A DNA stretch of 64,000 bases, taken from IMG/VR virus record IMGVR_UViG_3300004369_000009, positions 9,657 to 73,656 of that record; one strand, 5' to 3'. The translations under genes were made by a program, and so were the position numbers. A model generated the notes under the pieces. It ran no database searches and was not told where the DNA came from. It worked only from the letters and a program-made list of their open reading frames with translations. Origin of the DNA: a virus. The number at the start of each line of letters is the position of its first letter. Position 1 is the first letter of the stretch. This document shows positions 21,201-29,700 of the stretch, one piece after another.

Positions 21201-24200
21201 ATATCCTTCGCCTTTTCGTATACCTCACGAGTCTGAGGTACCTCATTGGTAACATAATTGATGCTAGTACCCTGAAGGTATTTCTGTGCGGCTTCAATAG
21301 TCTTAGAGTTGCCGCCATAACGCATATCGTACATCCAAGAACGGAGTACGTGATATACGTCATCGATACACTGCTGATCTCCAACTGGATAGGTTCTGGT
21401 AACACCATTCAGGTTACCAGGGGAACCTGTGCTACCGATAGCACCAGTAACAATAGCGGTCAGCGATGTGATAGCAGCTGCTGTATCAGAACAGCGGTTT
21501 ACATAAGAAAGAGTTCTAGTAACCGTCGAGAGGCTATTTGTATCAACAGCAACCTCAACAATATTCATCAAAGCAGTAAATGCTGCGATGACATTAGCAC
21601 AGATAGGTAGACCAGTATCTTGAGTAATGGTCAGATCTCTATACTGAGTCAGGTTAGTGTATCCACCAACAGAAACAAGTTCATTTTGGAAACACTCAAT
21701 CGCAATATCTCTGGCTTGACGGAATGCGTAGATGGAATGATTTTCTTCACCAGCAACATGAGCACCCGTTATATACAGTTCGGCAGCATCATAGGTGAAG
21801 TCATTACCACCCATCGCAGTGTTCCAAGAAGTTACTTCCAGGACATTGATGATGTCATCGATACATGCCTGGTTGCCAGTTGGAACAGAGAAAGCAGTAG
21901 GAGTTGTCTTGGTGACACCAGACAGGGTGTCATTCTGAATAGCATCAGTGACGATGCCAAAGAGAGTATCAATAGTAGACTGTACGTTAGCACAATCAGC
22001 AGCACTATAAGCACCACCAGGAGCAGATTGATCGTGGGTAATTGTAGTATCAAATACCTGATCGAAATCATGGGTACCCAGTTTAGTATGGGTTCTGTTA
22101 GTGATGACCAGTTTGGCAATGTCTTTCGCATGGTTCATAATAGCGATAGACTTTGCTTCCTCACCATCAAGGTGAGGAGTACCAACATAAAGATTAGCAG
22201 CATCCCAAACTTGGTTGTTGCTACCATGCTGGACGTTAAAAGCAATTGCTCTCAGAACATCAGCAACGTCATCAATACAATCTTGGGGATCACCTGTTGG
22301 TGTGGTCAGTGTTGGATCAGCAGCCAACTCAACTTCATATGCCTCAGCAGCAATGAAATCGACGTTAGCAATAATCAGATCGTGGGCATCCATGTGTCTG
22401 GAGTCCACAATCTCATAAGGAATATTCGCCATCATTCTACCGACGGCGATTTCAGCAATAAATTGCTTATTCTTATAGATCAGATTACGAGCATCACCGA
22501 AGCGATCACCAACGCCAGACTGAGCAGAGTCTGGGCTAATAGTGAAGTCCTTAATCTGAGTTAGACCATGACTACCTTGAATAGTAATGGTCTCGTTACG
22601 CATTGCCTGAATGGCAAGATCTCTAGCTTGTTCAAAGACCTCTACCGATTCATCTTCCTCACCTACAACGTGAGCACCTTGAACATAATACTTGGCAGCA
22701 TCATACACCTGATCGTTACCACCATAGGCAAGGTTGTATGCCATTGCTTCCAAGAAGTCAATAGCATCATCAATACATGCCTGGTTTCCAGTTGGAATGC
22801 TGAACGTTGGGTTATTGAGAAGCATACGAGCAACTGCTTCTTGAGCAATCAGTTGCTTGTTAGCCAAGATCATAGAAGTACCATCACCGTTTCTATCTAC
22901 GGGAGGTACAGAGTTTGGTGTCTGCCAAGGAGCAGGTACAGTGATAGTTACTGTGCCAGAATCTGTGCTAGCGGAAGACAGAATGATTGTGAAGGTTCTG
23001 TGATCAGCACAATCATCAACAATGTAAGCACCATCTTGAGTAGCACCACTAAAGTTGAAAGCGTATGAGCTCTTAGCAAATACGCCATGACCCCTAGGAG
23101 CCACAACCGTCATTACATTGCCAACGCAAGTGTAAGAACCAGTTCTGGAAAAGCTTGTGTTAGTGCCAGCATTGTACTGAGACTTAACATAAGCATAGGA
23201 TTCCTCAGCAATAAAGTTAAGGTTGTTGTTGATCGTCTCAGCAGCATCTCTCTGCTTAGCAGACTCTTGGATGCTAGCACCAAACTCTACCTTGTCGAAC
23301 GCATAGGGAGAGTTCCTCAGCGACATCAAGGCATAGTTAGTAGCCGAGCAAACCTGCTGGTCACCACTAGGATCCAGAGCTGTAGCGATTCTTGAGCAAG
23401 AACCTCTCGTTACAAATTTCAGTGCGTAACCGTCAGCACGCTCAATACGATGAGTAATGTACTTACGACCGTTGAAATCGCCAAGGTTATCAAATACCGT
23501 AACGTTACCACTTCTAGTAACACTGTCTACGGCTCTCAGGATAAAGTAAACTTCATTTGTAGAAGAATTATATCTAGCAACACCAGCACCCAAGTTAGAT
23601 GGGCTGCCCAGATAAGCACCGAAGTCGGACTGGGTTTGAGCCAACGTACCATCTTGATACGTCGCAATATGGAAAGACTTATTGATGTGACCAGTGTTTC
23701 CAGCATCGTCAAAGACCATGCGTACGCCAACGCCCTTACCACCCACAGGACCCAAGGTCTTGAGGTTTGGCCAAAGAACGTTCATTACTGTTGGGTCCGT
23801 ATTAGAAACGGTAACAGTAATTTGATTAGCAGTTTGAGTATAGGTAGCGCTAGCACCAGAACCAAAGCTCAGTGCGGTATATGGCATACCATAGATATGA
23901 ACTTCCTGACCGACTTCATAGTCGTGCCCAACAAAGTTAATACCCTCAATAACTCTGGAAGCAGCAGTAACTTCCATGATGATGCCATTATACTCTTGCT
24001 GAGTGGCAACATCAGTAGTTACAAAAGCAATGTCAATAACGTTGAGTGCTTTTTCAAAGCGCTGATAACCAATACCTTCAGAAGTCAGAGGCAGAATTAC
24101 TGGAGCATCTTCACCAGCAATGTTCTTATTAGTAGCATCTGCCTGAGTATTAGCCAGTTTGAAATGGTGACTGTCTACTCTATAGATAAAGATCAGGGAG

Positions 24201-26119
24201 TTCTCATTGAGACCACCAATACCACCTGCTTTAGAAGCACGATAATAAACACCATTACCCGTAAAGAGACCATGGTTGGGGAAGTAAATGGTGTCGTCGT
24301 TAGTAGAAACCCTACATGTGAATAGGGTGTGCTCATCGCCACTACCTTCATCACTTAGGTTTCTAATACCAGTTGTAGTCTGGAGACTTGTGGCATCCAG
24401 CCAAGTATCATACAACTCAATAGTATTCTCATTGATAACACGAACAAAGTAAGTGGTGTTATCGTTCAGACCCTCAACGGCAGCGCCGCCTTCATTCTGA
24501 ACTTTATAGATTACCTTGGCACCAGTATACAATCTGTGGAGTGGGATTGTAATTCTGTTGTCAGTAGTATCAATGACACTATTGAGATCTGTACCATCAA
24601 AGCGCAGAGTCTCAGTTTCGGAAGAGATAACGTGCTGATATCTCTGGTGCTTGATAACCTCAGTCTCAGGTCTCTGAGATTCACGGTCAGAAACGTCAAG
24701 GGAGTCAGATGGAGAAGCACCTGTCTTAACGATGTTGGCGTAGATGTCAGCATAATACAGTTTTTCAGCCAACAGGAATGTTGACTGGTCATCGCTCATC
24801 AGTACCTGAATGGTACCAGAAGAATATGGAGAAGCAGTAGGACCAGTAAATACTACAGATTCAATGATACCTCTGGAGGAAGACGAACCACCTTCAACGG
24901 CATAACCTACAAGAAGTGTAGTGTTATCACCAGTGTGGTTCTCAAAGGTAATAGCAAAAATGTTACGACCTTGGTTCCCAAGACCAGGAGAGAATGAGAA
25001 TGGCTCAAGGTCAGGTTCGTAGTAGAGACGCTGTTTGTCGTCAAATACGTAAGCGTATTTCCAGGTCCAGTCTGGAGATCCAGTATTGTCAAGGTGATCT
25101 CTGAATACAACGCCTGCAGCATACGTCTCGTTGGACGCCTTGATCATGTGGCGATCCTGGTTCAGAGGACGCAGAACAACACGACGGAGGTTGTCACCGA
25201 TCAGTGAGCAGTTGAAAGGCAGAGAGATCGGGTTGTCTTCAACATAGTCACCACCAGAACAGATGATGGACACATACTCAGGTACTTCAGTGTCCTGCTG
25301 GAGGGAGTAGGCAATCTGTGCTGCCTTCTTAATAGTACGAACTGGCTTAGCGGCGGAACGACCATCATTGTCGTCGTCACCGATACCAGGAACCGAAGAT
25401 ACGTATACACGACCGCCGTTATCGGCAGTAGCAACGTCATATACGAACTTGGTTGTAGCAATTCTATTGTTCTGTGTCTGACGTGGAGGGTTGTCAGCAG
25501 TAGGATAGTAGATCGTACCGAAGTCATCTGCGGTAGGATCAGTTTCCTCAAAGTTGATCAGGTTAGGACCACGCAGATCCAGACCCTTGGTTACAAACTC
25601 GTTAGTAACATCCAGGTTTCTGATTTGCGCTGTATCAGAAATGATGGATCGAGTAGTTCTGATCTGACCTTCAACGTCGAGGTCAAATTCGGGGTTGGTG
25701 TTGTTAATACCAACACGGATGTTTCCAGTAGGACCCTTGTTAATAAAGACAGCATCATCTTCGTTGGCACCAATGCCAACGGTGAACGCCATGGAATCAG
25801 TGGCGTTAAGAACAAAAGATCTTACAAGACGATAAGAGCAAGATGTAGCCGCCTCAATGAAATTCTGACCAGTGCCAAGAATGGTAAAGGTATCATCATC
25901 AATTACATTGATGAGATGTTGACCCTCTGGGATAGTTCTAAGAAGGGCGTCTTCGCCAAACTTAATGTAGACTCTATCCTGATCATTTAATCTATGAGCA
26001 ATCGAAGTAACAGTGACGATACCATTAGCTCTACCATAAGTGGCGGAAGTCCAGGGACCCTGTGGGACTAGACCACTACCTTCAAGTCTCTGTTGTGAAG
26101 AATTAAGGCGTAAGCTCAT
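15218..26119 (-). CDS. Giant tail fibre/virion structural protein (3633 aa) with an interrupted beta-helix, four phycobiliprotein-like helical domains and a fibre shaft
   Basis: Beta-helix entry NDGRS..KPVRTIKKA/GDYVEDNPI/LIGDNLRR; GSGY..P repeats; LNADKLDG shaft motifs; C-terminal GPITINSGVTIQVASGGAWVIL. Confidence 0.85.
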   Translation of the reverse strand: MSLRLNSSQQRLEGSGLVPQGPWTSATYGRANGIVTVTSIAHRLNDQDRVYIKFGEDALLRTIPEGQHLINVIDDDTFTILGTGQNFIEAATSCSYRLVRSFVLNATDSMAFTVGIGANEDDAVFINKGPTGNIRVGINNTNPEFDLDVEGQIRTTRSIISDTAQIRNLDVTNEFVTKGLDLRGPNLINFEETDPTADDFGTIYYPTADNPPRQTQNNRIATTKFVYDVATADNGGRVYVSSVPGIGDDDNDGRSAAKPVRTIKKAAQIAYSLQQDTEVPEYVSIICSGGDYVEDNPISLPFNCSLIGDNLRRVVLRPLNQDRHMIKASNETYAAGVVFRDHLDNTGSPDWTWKYAYVFDDKQRLYYEPDLEPFSFSPGLGNQGRNIFAITFENHTGDNTTLLVGYAVEGGSSSSRGIIESVVFTGPTASPYSSGTIQVLMSDDQSTFLLAEKLYYADIYANIVKTGASPSDSLDVSDRESQRPETEVIKHQRYQHVISSETETLRFDGTDLNSVIDTTDNRITIPLHRLYTGAKVIYKVQNEGGAAVEGLNDNTTYFVRVINENTIELYDTWLDATSLQTTTGIRNLSDEGSGDEHTLFTCRVSTNDDTIYFPNHGLFTGNGVYYRASKAGGIGGLNENSLIFIYRVDSHHFKLANTQADATNKNIAGEDAPVILPLTSEGIGYQRFEKALNVIDIAFVTTDVATQQEYNGIIMEVTAASRVIEGINFVGHDYEVGQEVHIYGMPYTALSFGSGASATYTQTANQITVTVSNTDPTVMNVLWPNLKTLGPVGGKGVGVRMVFDDAGNTGHINKSFHIATYQDGTLAQTQSDFGAYLGSPSNLGAGVARYNSSTNEVYFILRAVDSVTRSGNVTVFDNLGDFNGRKYITHRIERADGYALKFVTRGSCSRIATALDPSGDQQVCSATNYALMSLRNSPYAFDKVEFGASIQESAKQRDAAETINNNLNFIAEESYAYVKSQYNAGTNTSFSRTGSYTCVGNVMTVVAPRGHGVFAKSSYAFNFSGATQDGAYIVDDCADHRTFTIILSSASTDSGTVTITVPAPWQTPNSVPPVDRNGDGTSMILANKQLIAQEAVARMLLNNPTFSIPTGNQACIDDAIDFLEAMAYNLAYGGNDQVYDAAKYYVQGAHVVGEEDESVEVFEQARDLAIQAMRNETITIQGSHGLTQIKDFTISPDSAQSGVGDRFGDARNLIYKNKQFIAEIAVGRMMANIPYEIVDSRHMDAHDLIIANVDFIAAEAYEVELAADPTLTTPTGDPQDCIDDVADVLRAIAFNVQHGSNNQVWDAANLYVGTPHLDGEEAKSIAIMNHAKDIAKLVITNRTHTKLGTHDFDQVFDTTITHDQSAPGGAYSAADCANVQSTIDTLFGIVTDAIQNDTLSGVTKTTPTAFSVPTGNQACIDDIINVLEVTSWNTAMGGNDFTYDAAELYITGAHVAGEENHSIYAFRQARDIAIECFQNELVSVGGYTNLTQYRDLTITQDTGLPICANVIAAFTALMNIVEVAVDTNSLSTVTRTLSYVNRCSDTAAAITSLTAIVTGAIGSTGSPGNLNGVTRTYPVGDQQCIDDVYHVLRSWMYDMRYGGNSKTIEAAQKYLQGTSINYVTNEVPQTREVYEKAKDMSILAIRNQLPQGNFSGIAPFHNASTTVDSNQPECGASINVLTGLYTILDDALTTAGTSLSGVTLTEPSSLLRDDSGLKRVPMLSDNLDLPVIEASPYIQNASLISFLGASGAEIDGAKVAQPNVPRPGVFLDGNGIERPTFPPQGKSMVANAFTIISVNGGVGYNILNDGYTQLVSVFVIFGGDGVVVQSGGYASLTNSASNFGTRALKATGYRTEAYEFDVGTVTQVRNQTDNNGAQTGRQIIEVGGPMTNFPVEDYIIKFDGFTNTDPSKEYFILGTEKLSGSIGTQITANITTNDGLGLDLIRTSDGTNVSFQNGNLDLLNNAVIRLHRPSICNSSSHTWEYVGAGDTYNALPQNGGVGIPANEAVEEAYGQVYTSGTNEFGDFKVGDFVTIFNRTGSISFVGTVSISELSSIKIVGGSITVTGFSDSDELGGAFASDSLLPTQAAVKDYITNKLGPYLNQPYSTNAVPSALVQLTTSGKINIEQIPALRPFNITSVTSTAERLAIEDASAGDIAIETTSTSFQVAPSSVDIVNNVITIPSHGLNTGDILTYFQGTSNIGNLADGANYYVIQHAVGANTTDYIKLATSLSDAQSGTERNLTSQGTGTHVLRTEGAAISYILENDLDTMFAAFTPNSQYVFNNNSLLVGSQTTAQVIVTNYEGGVVRDILIDDPGSGYATAPGITIGAPPSGTQATATCTITNGQVASVTITNPGSGYYTPPTVSFTGAPTGGTTATAQGNAARIEARLTVDLANNIKLSDIDFLLDEANLTVVSGVYTHDTFDITVTETNHGFSQGDTVYLEFTSGSSTSGFYAIDSIVNANEYTVVAQTALLTSGNYNRKRIVDITRVVNTSASNAQNWTQLSSTNIDASNIVAGVIDPQRLADTGIANSFTFLRGDASFQYAVQSIKFTTDDVLVGESSIQDNSYIERVDIINPGSGYTVGTYQNIPMVGGNVQISEAGVARATYTVSDVVTGGIIDSVSNLNFVPGSYTPNSTFDVAASNTDGAGLGVQIRFITDSVGDIAVDIILDGGSGYSGGDTLEFDGPLFGGTVQQGVTLTVSTLTSSTIFGAISSVSVVTPGTGYNSNFTLTVPSELGQPAVAGSLTAVKGTLSRYYGNASIDLLKANNLTPTTLQAGGSVFGNYGIAKYRKPASEQALANQDLGGFVITTAGEVTIDQGPGSKLNADKLDGNEGSFYQNATNLVEGILDPQRLANTTYNISISGTADYANTLFCETTAPSSANASLVSAANVGTQLALRSNSVTGIPTDAGGTRAGIMTFRRSATGNSVAQVAFSATDNLYLRGNSDTGTVYGQWAKVWHSENDGAPDPNDPRRGTLPGPDADYLDGKQGLWFQSGYNINDQRTNGVIGDTALPELLGRNKYFADNLYLVASSETYELYIPDYFASTGTAPVGNLSNNGVYTIYSDEAAVNNIGTITVLANGITEVNDSTTGSVYTLVKGTINFVGAFSNKDIKVFGPNPGTKWTVTSSNLLTTGASQVFAISNTANGALLEIGRTNVVATPTIDFRSGALAADYDVRFEVSGGTAQDGQGVLELKTSSFTLNGNTVWHSGNDGASSQLDAHYVDGYIQSATNTANALVRRDASSNIFVSDITADQGIFANTGESILQLADGNGINLGKAGTNNLSIRGRQDTNSGYVQFGSDGKSLGFNGTHLSYGTIYFRNDRIGIGDSNPAQSLTSTGNAVFGTTSRSANTFVRALAGDSNQAGFEAYGNSQGTGYLYVGQDSVYGGGIAYNGDNSPASFGSEAGDDITFYRRDNGTDTRVMKYRYNDSTVHFFGQIRSRIATGTSPFNVDSTTVCSNLNADLLDGYQANNLPYLSSQVNTWINDAGGQPRFYFSNNSHTYIRTGNDFFFRNDSDQTFASWDEGGRCHFHEPGSDSIQSSYRVQVTGDNGLNINASEALSSGQKSTVLRAGGDKQYLDSYGIIKRNRNNIGESITINNGDSCGSFGPITINSGVTIQVASGGAWVIL
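21044..23257 (-). repeat. Four nested helical domains (DA..LI..N...IA..A / P.GN..CxxD...GGN / GEE / C.NV...I..L)
   Basis: Repeats read directly from the translation. Confidence 0.85.
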
Positions 26120-26137
26120 CTAAGGATACTCCGAAAT

Positions 26138-26677
26138 TTATGCTGATGTTACATTTGTGATTTCAATCATCGCAAGCCATTTTACAGTAGAGGTATTAGT
26201 TACCGTCTCAACATCATAACTAAAGAAAGCTGCTGCCCCAATTTGGAAAGCAACAGGAGTGTAGTCCCAGGTTTCGATTCCAGGAAGGTGTTCGTGGATA
26301 ACCGTTTTGTAACTACCCTGAAGGGTTGGAACTCCACTAGCATCAACAGTTACTACAGACTCGTCAATACCCGCAAGGATGTAGGTATTGTCGTTTGCTT
26401 CCTGTCCAAAAATTTTAGCCTTGATAAAGGCTACACTATTATGACCAAGGGAAGGAGTATTGGTAGCAATATTTGTACTTCCGTCAAGGCTAAGACGAAG
26501 AACCGTATTCGCGGGGTCTGTAGTTCTTTTAGCAATGTACAAATCATTTGAAGCATCGCTAAAATTATCACTAACCATGTGGATGGCTGAGATATTTTTA
26601 AGCTCGAATTCGGTGTTAAGCACCTCGGTCGAACCTACGGCAAACCCCCCTACCGATGAAAAGTTCTTAATCGCCAT
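26138..26677 (-). CDS. Virion structural protein (179 aa)
   Basis: Lies between two fibre genes, beta-rich, preceded by TATAAATA. Confidence 0.7.
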   Translation of the reverse strand: MAIKNFSSVGGFAVGSTEVLNTEFELKNISAIHMVSDNFSDASNDLYIAKRTTDPANTVLRLSLDGSTNIATNTPSLGHNSVAFIKAKIFGQEANDNTYILAGIDESVVTVDASGVPTLQGSYKTVIHEHLPGIETWDYTPVAFQIGAAAFFSYDVETVTNTSTVKWLAMIEITNVTSA

Positions 26678-26697
26678 TTTTTTAGGTTACCTTTCGT

Positions 26698-26705
26698 TAT
26701 TTATA
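26698..26705 (-). promoter_or_regulatory. Late promoter TATAAATA
   Basis: Exact consensus, overlapping the upstream stop codon. Confidence 0.7.
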
Positions 26706-29700
26706 CTTTGACTTTAGTAGTAGTGTATCTACCAGTAAAGGTTGAAGAAGAGGTTGCCTGCGACGATTTAGCCAAGGAAATTTGGACGTTATTGCCAGCA
26801 ACCGAGACGGAAGCATCCATCAAATCATTGTCAGATGTAATGGAGTTTGTGACCGTAGCATGTGCTACTGTACCGCTAGCGGCACACACAGTTGTTACTT
26901 CAAACATGTGTACCTTACCGTCATCACTCTCAAGAGTGATTAAAGTCTTAGCACCCTTATACTGAGTCTTCTCAAATTGGGTGATAGTTGCGGTTGTGGA
27001 GAAGGAAGTAATTTCACCACCTTCAACTCTGGCATCATTAAGTTCTACAAAAGAAGCCGTAGAATCGAGTACAGTTAGGTAGTCAACGCCACCAGTTGCG
27101 TATGCTCTATTTACCTTCAGTCTAGCATCCGCTTGATTAGAATCCAGATTAAGGAACTGCTTATCACCATTAAGGTTAAAGCGAAGTTCGCTTTGGAGAG
27201 CACTAATCTTACCGTGTGCGGTATCTGGATTGCTAATTGTAGCAACTGTGAAGGTAACATCAGTACCAACAGCGCCACCAAGAAGACCACCAGGAATAGT
27301 GATGGTTTCGCCAACTTCGTAGTTAATACCACCAGTGGAAATAGTGATACTTGTAATTCCACCACTGACATTTGTGATTACATTGAAAGCAGCACCAGAA
27401 CCACCGAACTCAGAGATGCCAGCAATAGCGCTGAATGTCTGGGAGGGAGTGTAAACATTACCAGAGCTATTGAAGGTCCCATCAGCAGCACCGAGAGATC
27501 CATCATTAAATGTGGCAACGGTACCAGCGGCTAATTGATTCTTAATGTACAGACCACCAGTGATTTCAAGATCCTTGGTAGTTCTTACCTTGACAATAGA
27601 TGTTCCCTTACGTTGTACATCTAAAGTGTCAAGACCAGTTGTACCATTAATTGAAAGAGTACCTTCAACATCAATGGTGCGAGTAGATTTAAGAACAAAT
27701 CTATCTTTATCAATACTAAGACTATTGATACCAGCGCTATAGAACTGGAAAGTATCTTCGTCAGAACCAGGAGTTACTTCTGTGAGAATGTAGGTGTCCT
27801 GGTCAACGTCACGAACACCACCCAGGGATACAAAGTCAATGCCATTGTAACCTTCAAACTGAGAAGTAGTTGTGTTATATCTAATACCACCAACGTAAAG
27901 ATCGTCAGAGTATGGTCTATCGTTTGTGCTACCTACTGGAACGATAAACGTACCAGTACCATCGACTCTAACGTTTCTGCGGTTTTGTGGCTTGATATCA
28001 ATACCACTACCACTTACATCCGTGATAGTAACTGTCTGAGCAGGATCAGTACCGATAACGGCAGGATCAATTGTGATTGTATCACCAGCAACATAATCTC
28101 TACCTCTGCTTCCACCAGCAGCAATAGTAACACTTGTGATAGTGCCGCCAGTAACAACAACGTCTACCTGACCACCAGTACCCTTTCCAGTACCCGTAGC
28201 AGTGATGTTGACGTTGGTAAATGAACCATTAGTAAATAAAGTTGCTGTGCCACTAGTATCAAAAGAAACCAGTTCTCCAAAGGAAGACAAAGCCAGAGAT
28301 TGATTAGACAGTGTGAAGTCATCAATTCTGAATCTTTGACCAATAGTAAGGTGCCCAGAAAGTTCTGCGTTTCCACTGTCAAGATCTACCTTGAGCAGTT
28401 CATTAGCAGTTCCATCATTAAGAACAAAGTCTTTATCAGTACCACCAACAATAGTTACATTTCCTGTTCCCTTTGGCTGAAGGGTAATGCCGATATCAGC
28501 AGCAGTACCATTACCCTCAATGAGTCCAGTGCTACTAATACTAAGACCAGTAGCAGCACTACCAATTCTTACAAGGTTAGTTGCTGGGTCGGCATCGAGC
28601 AGAGGAGACGCGGTTATAGCACTAGAACCAACTTGGAATCTAGTTCCAACGGCATAAGCAGCAGGACCAATTCTGCCAGTCTCAGTACCAGCATTGGAAA
28701 TTCCAATGATGTCAGTGTCTGCCCAGAACAAACCAGTGGTGGGACTGGTGTTAAGAGCCAGGGAAGGAGCAGCAGCACTACCATCAGCAAGAGTGCCAGT
28801 CAGTTCTTCGAGGAAAGAAGCACCACCAGACTGAGTGAAGATGCCATCGATGGTCATATCTCCCGTCAGGTCGAAATTACCAGTCTGGGCAGTATCACCA
28901 GTAGCAGTTGTATTAGCAGCAACTGTAATAGTGTCAGCGGCAGCATCGTCACCAAGAACAAGGTTGCCCTTAACCGTGAGGTTACCGTCAGTTGTAATGT
29001 TACCATACTCGGTTTCCATTACAATCTTAGGAACACCAACACCAAGACTCAGTGTACCTGGCTCATAGGTGGGATCTTTAGCTCCAGCAACCTTGAACGC
29101 TGGATTTACAATAGATCCATCATGAGTTAATTCCCAAACGCCTGTTGTGGTAGTGCTACCAACAGAGATTTGGAATGGATTACCCTCTGTTTCAGGATCA
29201 ATTCTGGGATACAGGACTTCACCTGCGGTGTACCCATAACCTTCACTGCCCTGAACTACGGTAACGTCTCTTACAAAACCAGCATCGGTTACTGTATATG
29301 TAAAGTTAGAGCCAGATCCACCAACGTTCTGACTATCAACACTCAGAACCATACCAACTTGGTAAGGACCGCCAGCGAGGCTAATATCAGTTACAGAACT
29401 GATAGTTGTATCATTAGCAGCAAGAGTCCAAACAAATCCAGTACCAGCTCCACTGGTATCCATAGCGAATGGATTGACGGAAAGGGTATCACCTATAGCA
29501 TAGTCAACACCCTGTCCATCAGATTTAATTGCGGTAATCTGACCACCAGAAACAGTAACGTCAGCAGAAAGTCCAGTACCATAGTTACCAGCACTACCTG
29601 AAGTAATGGTAATGCCACTACCCATGTTGGCATGGTTTGTACAAATATAATCAGCTACTTCACCAGCAGTACCTGGCTTAACGATAATATCAACAAATGC

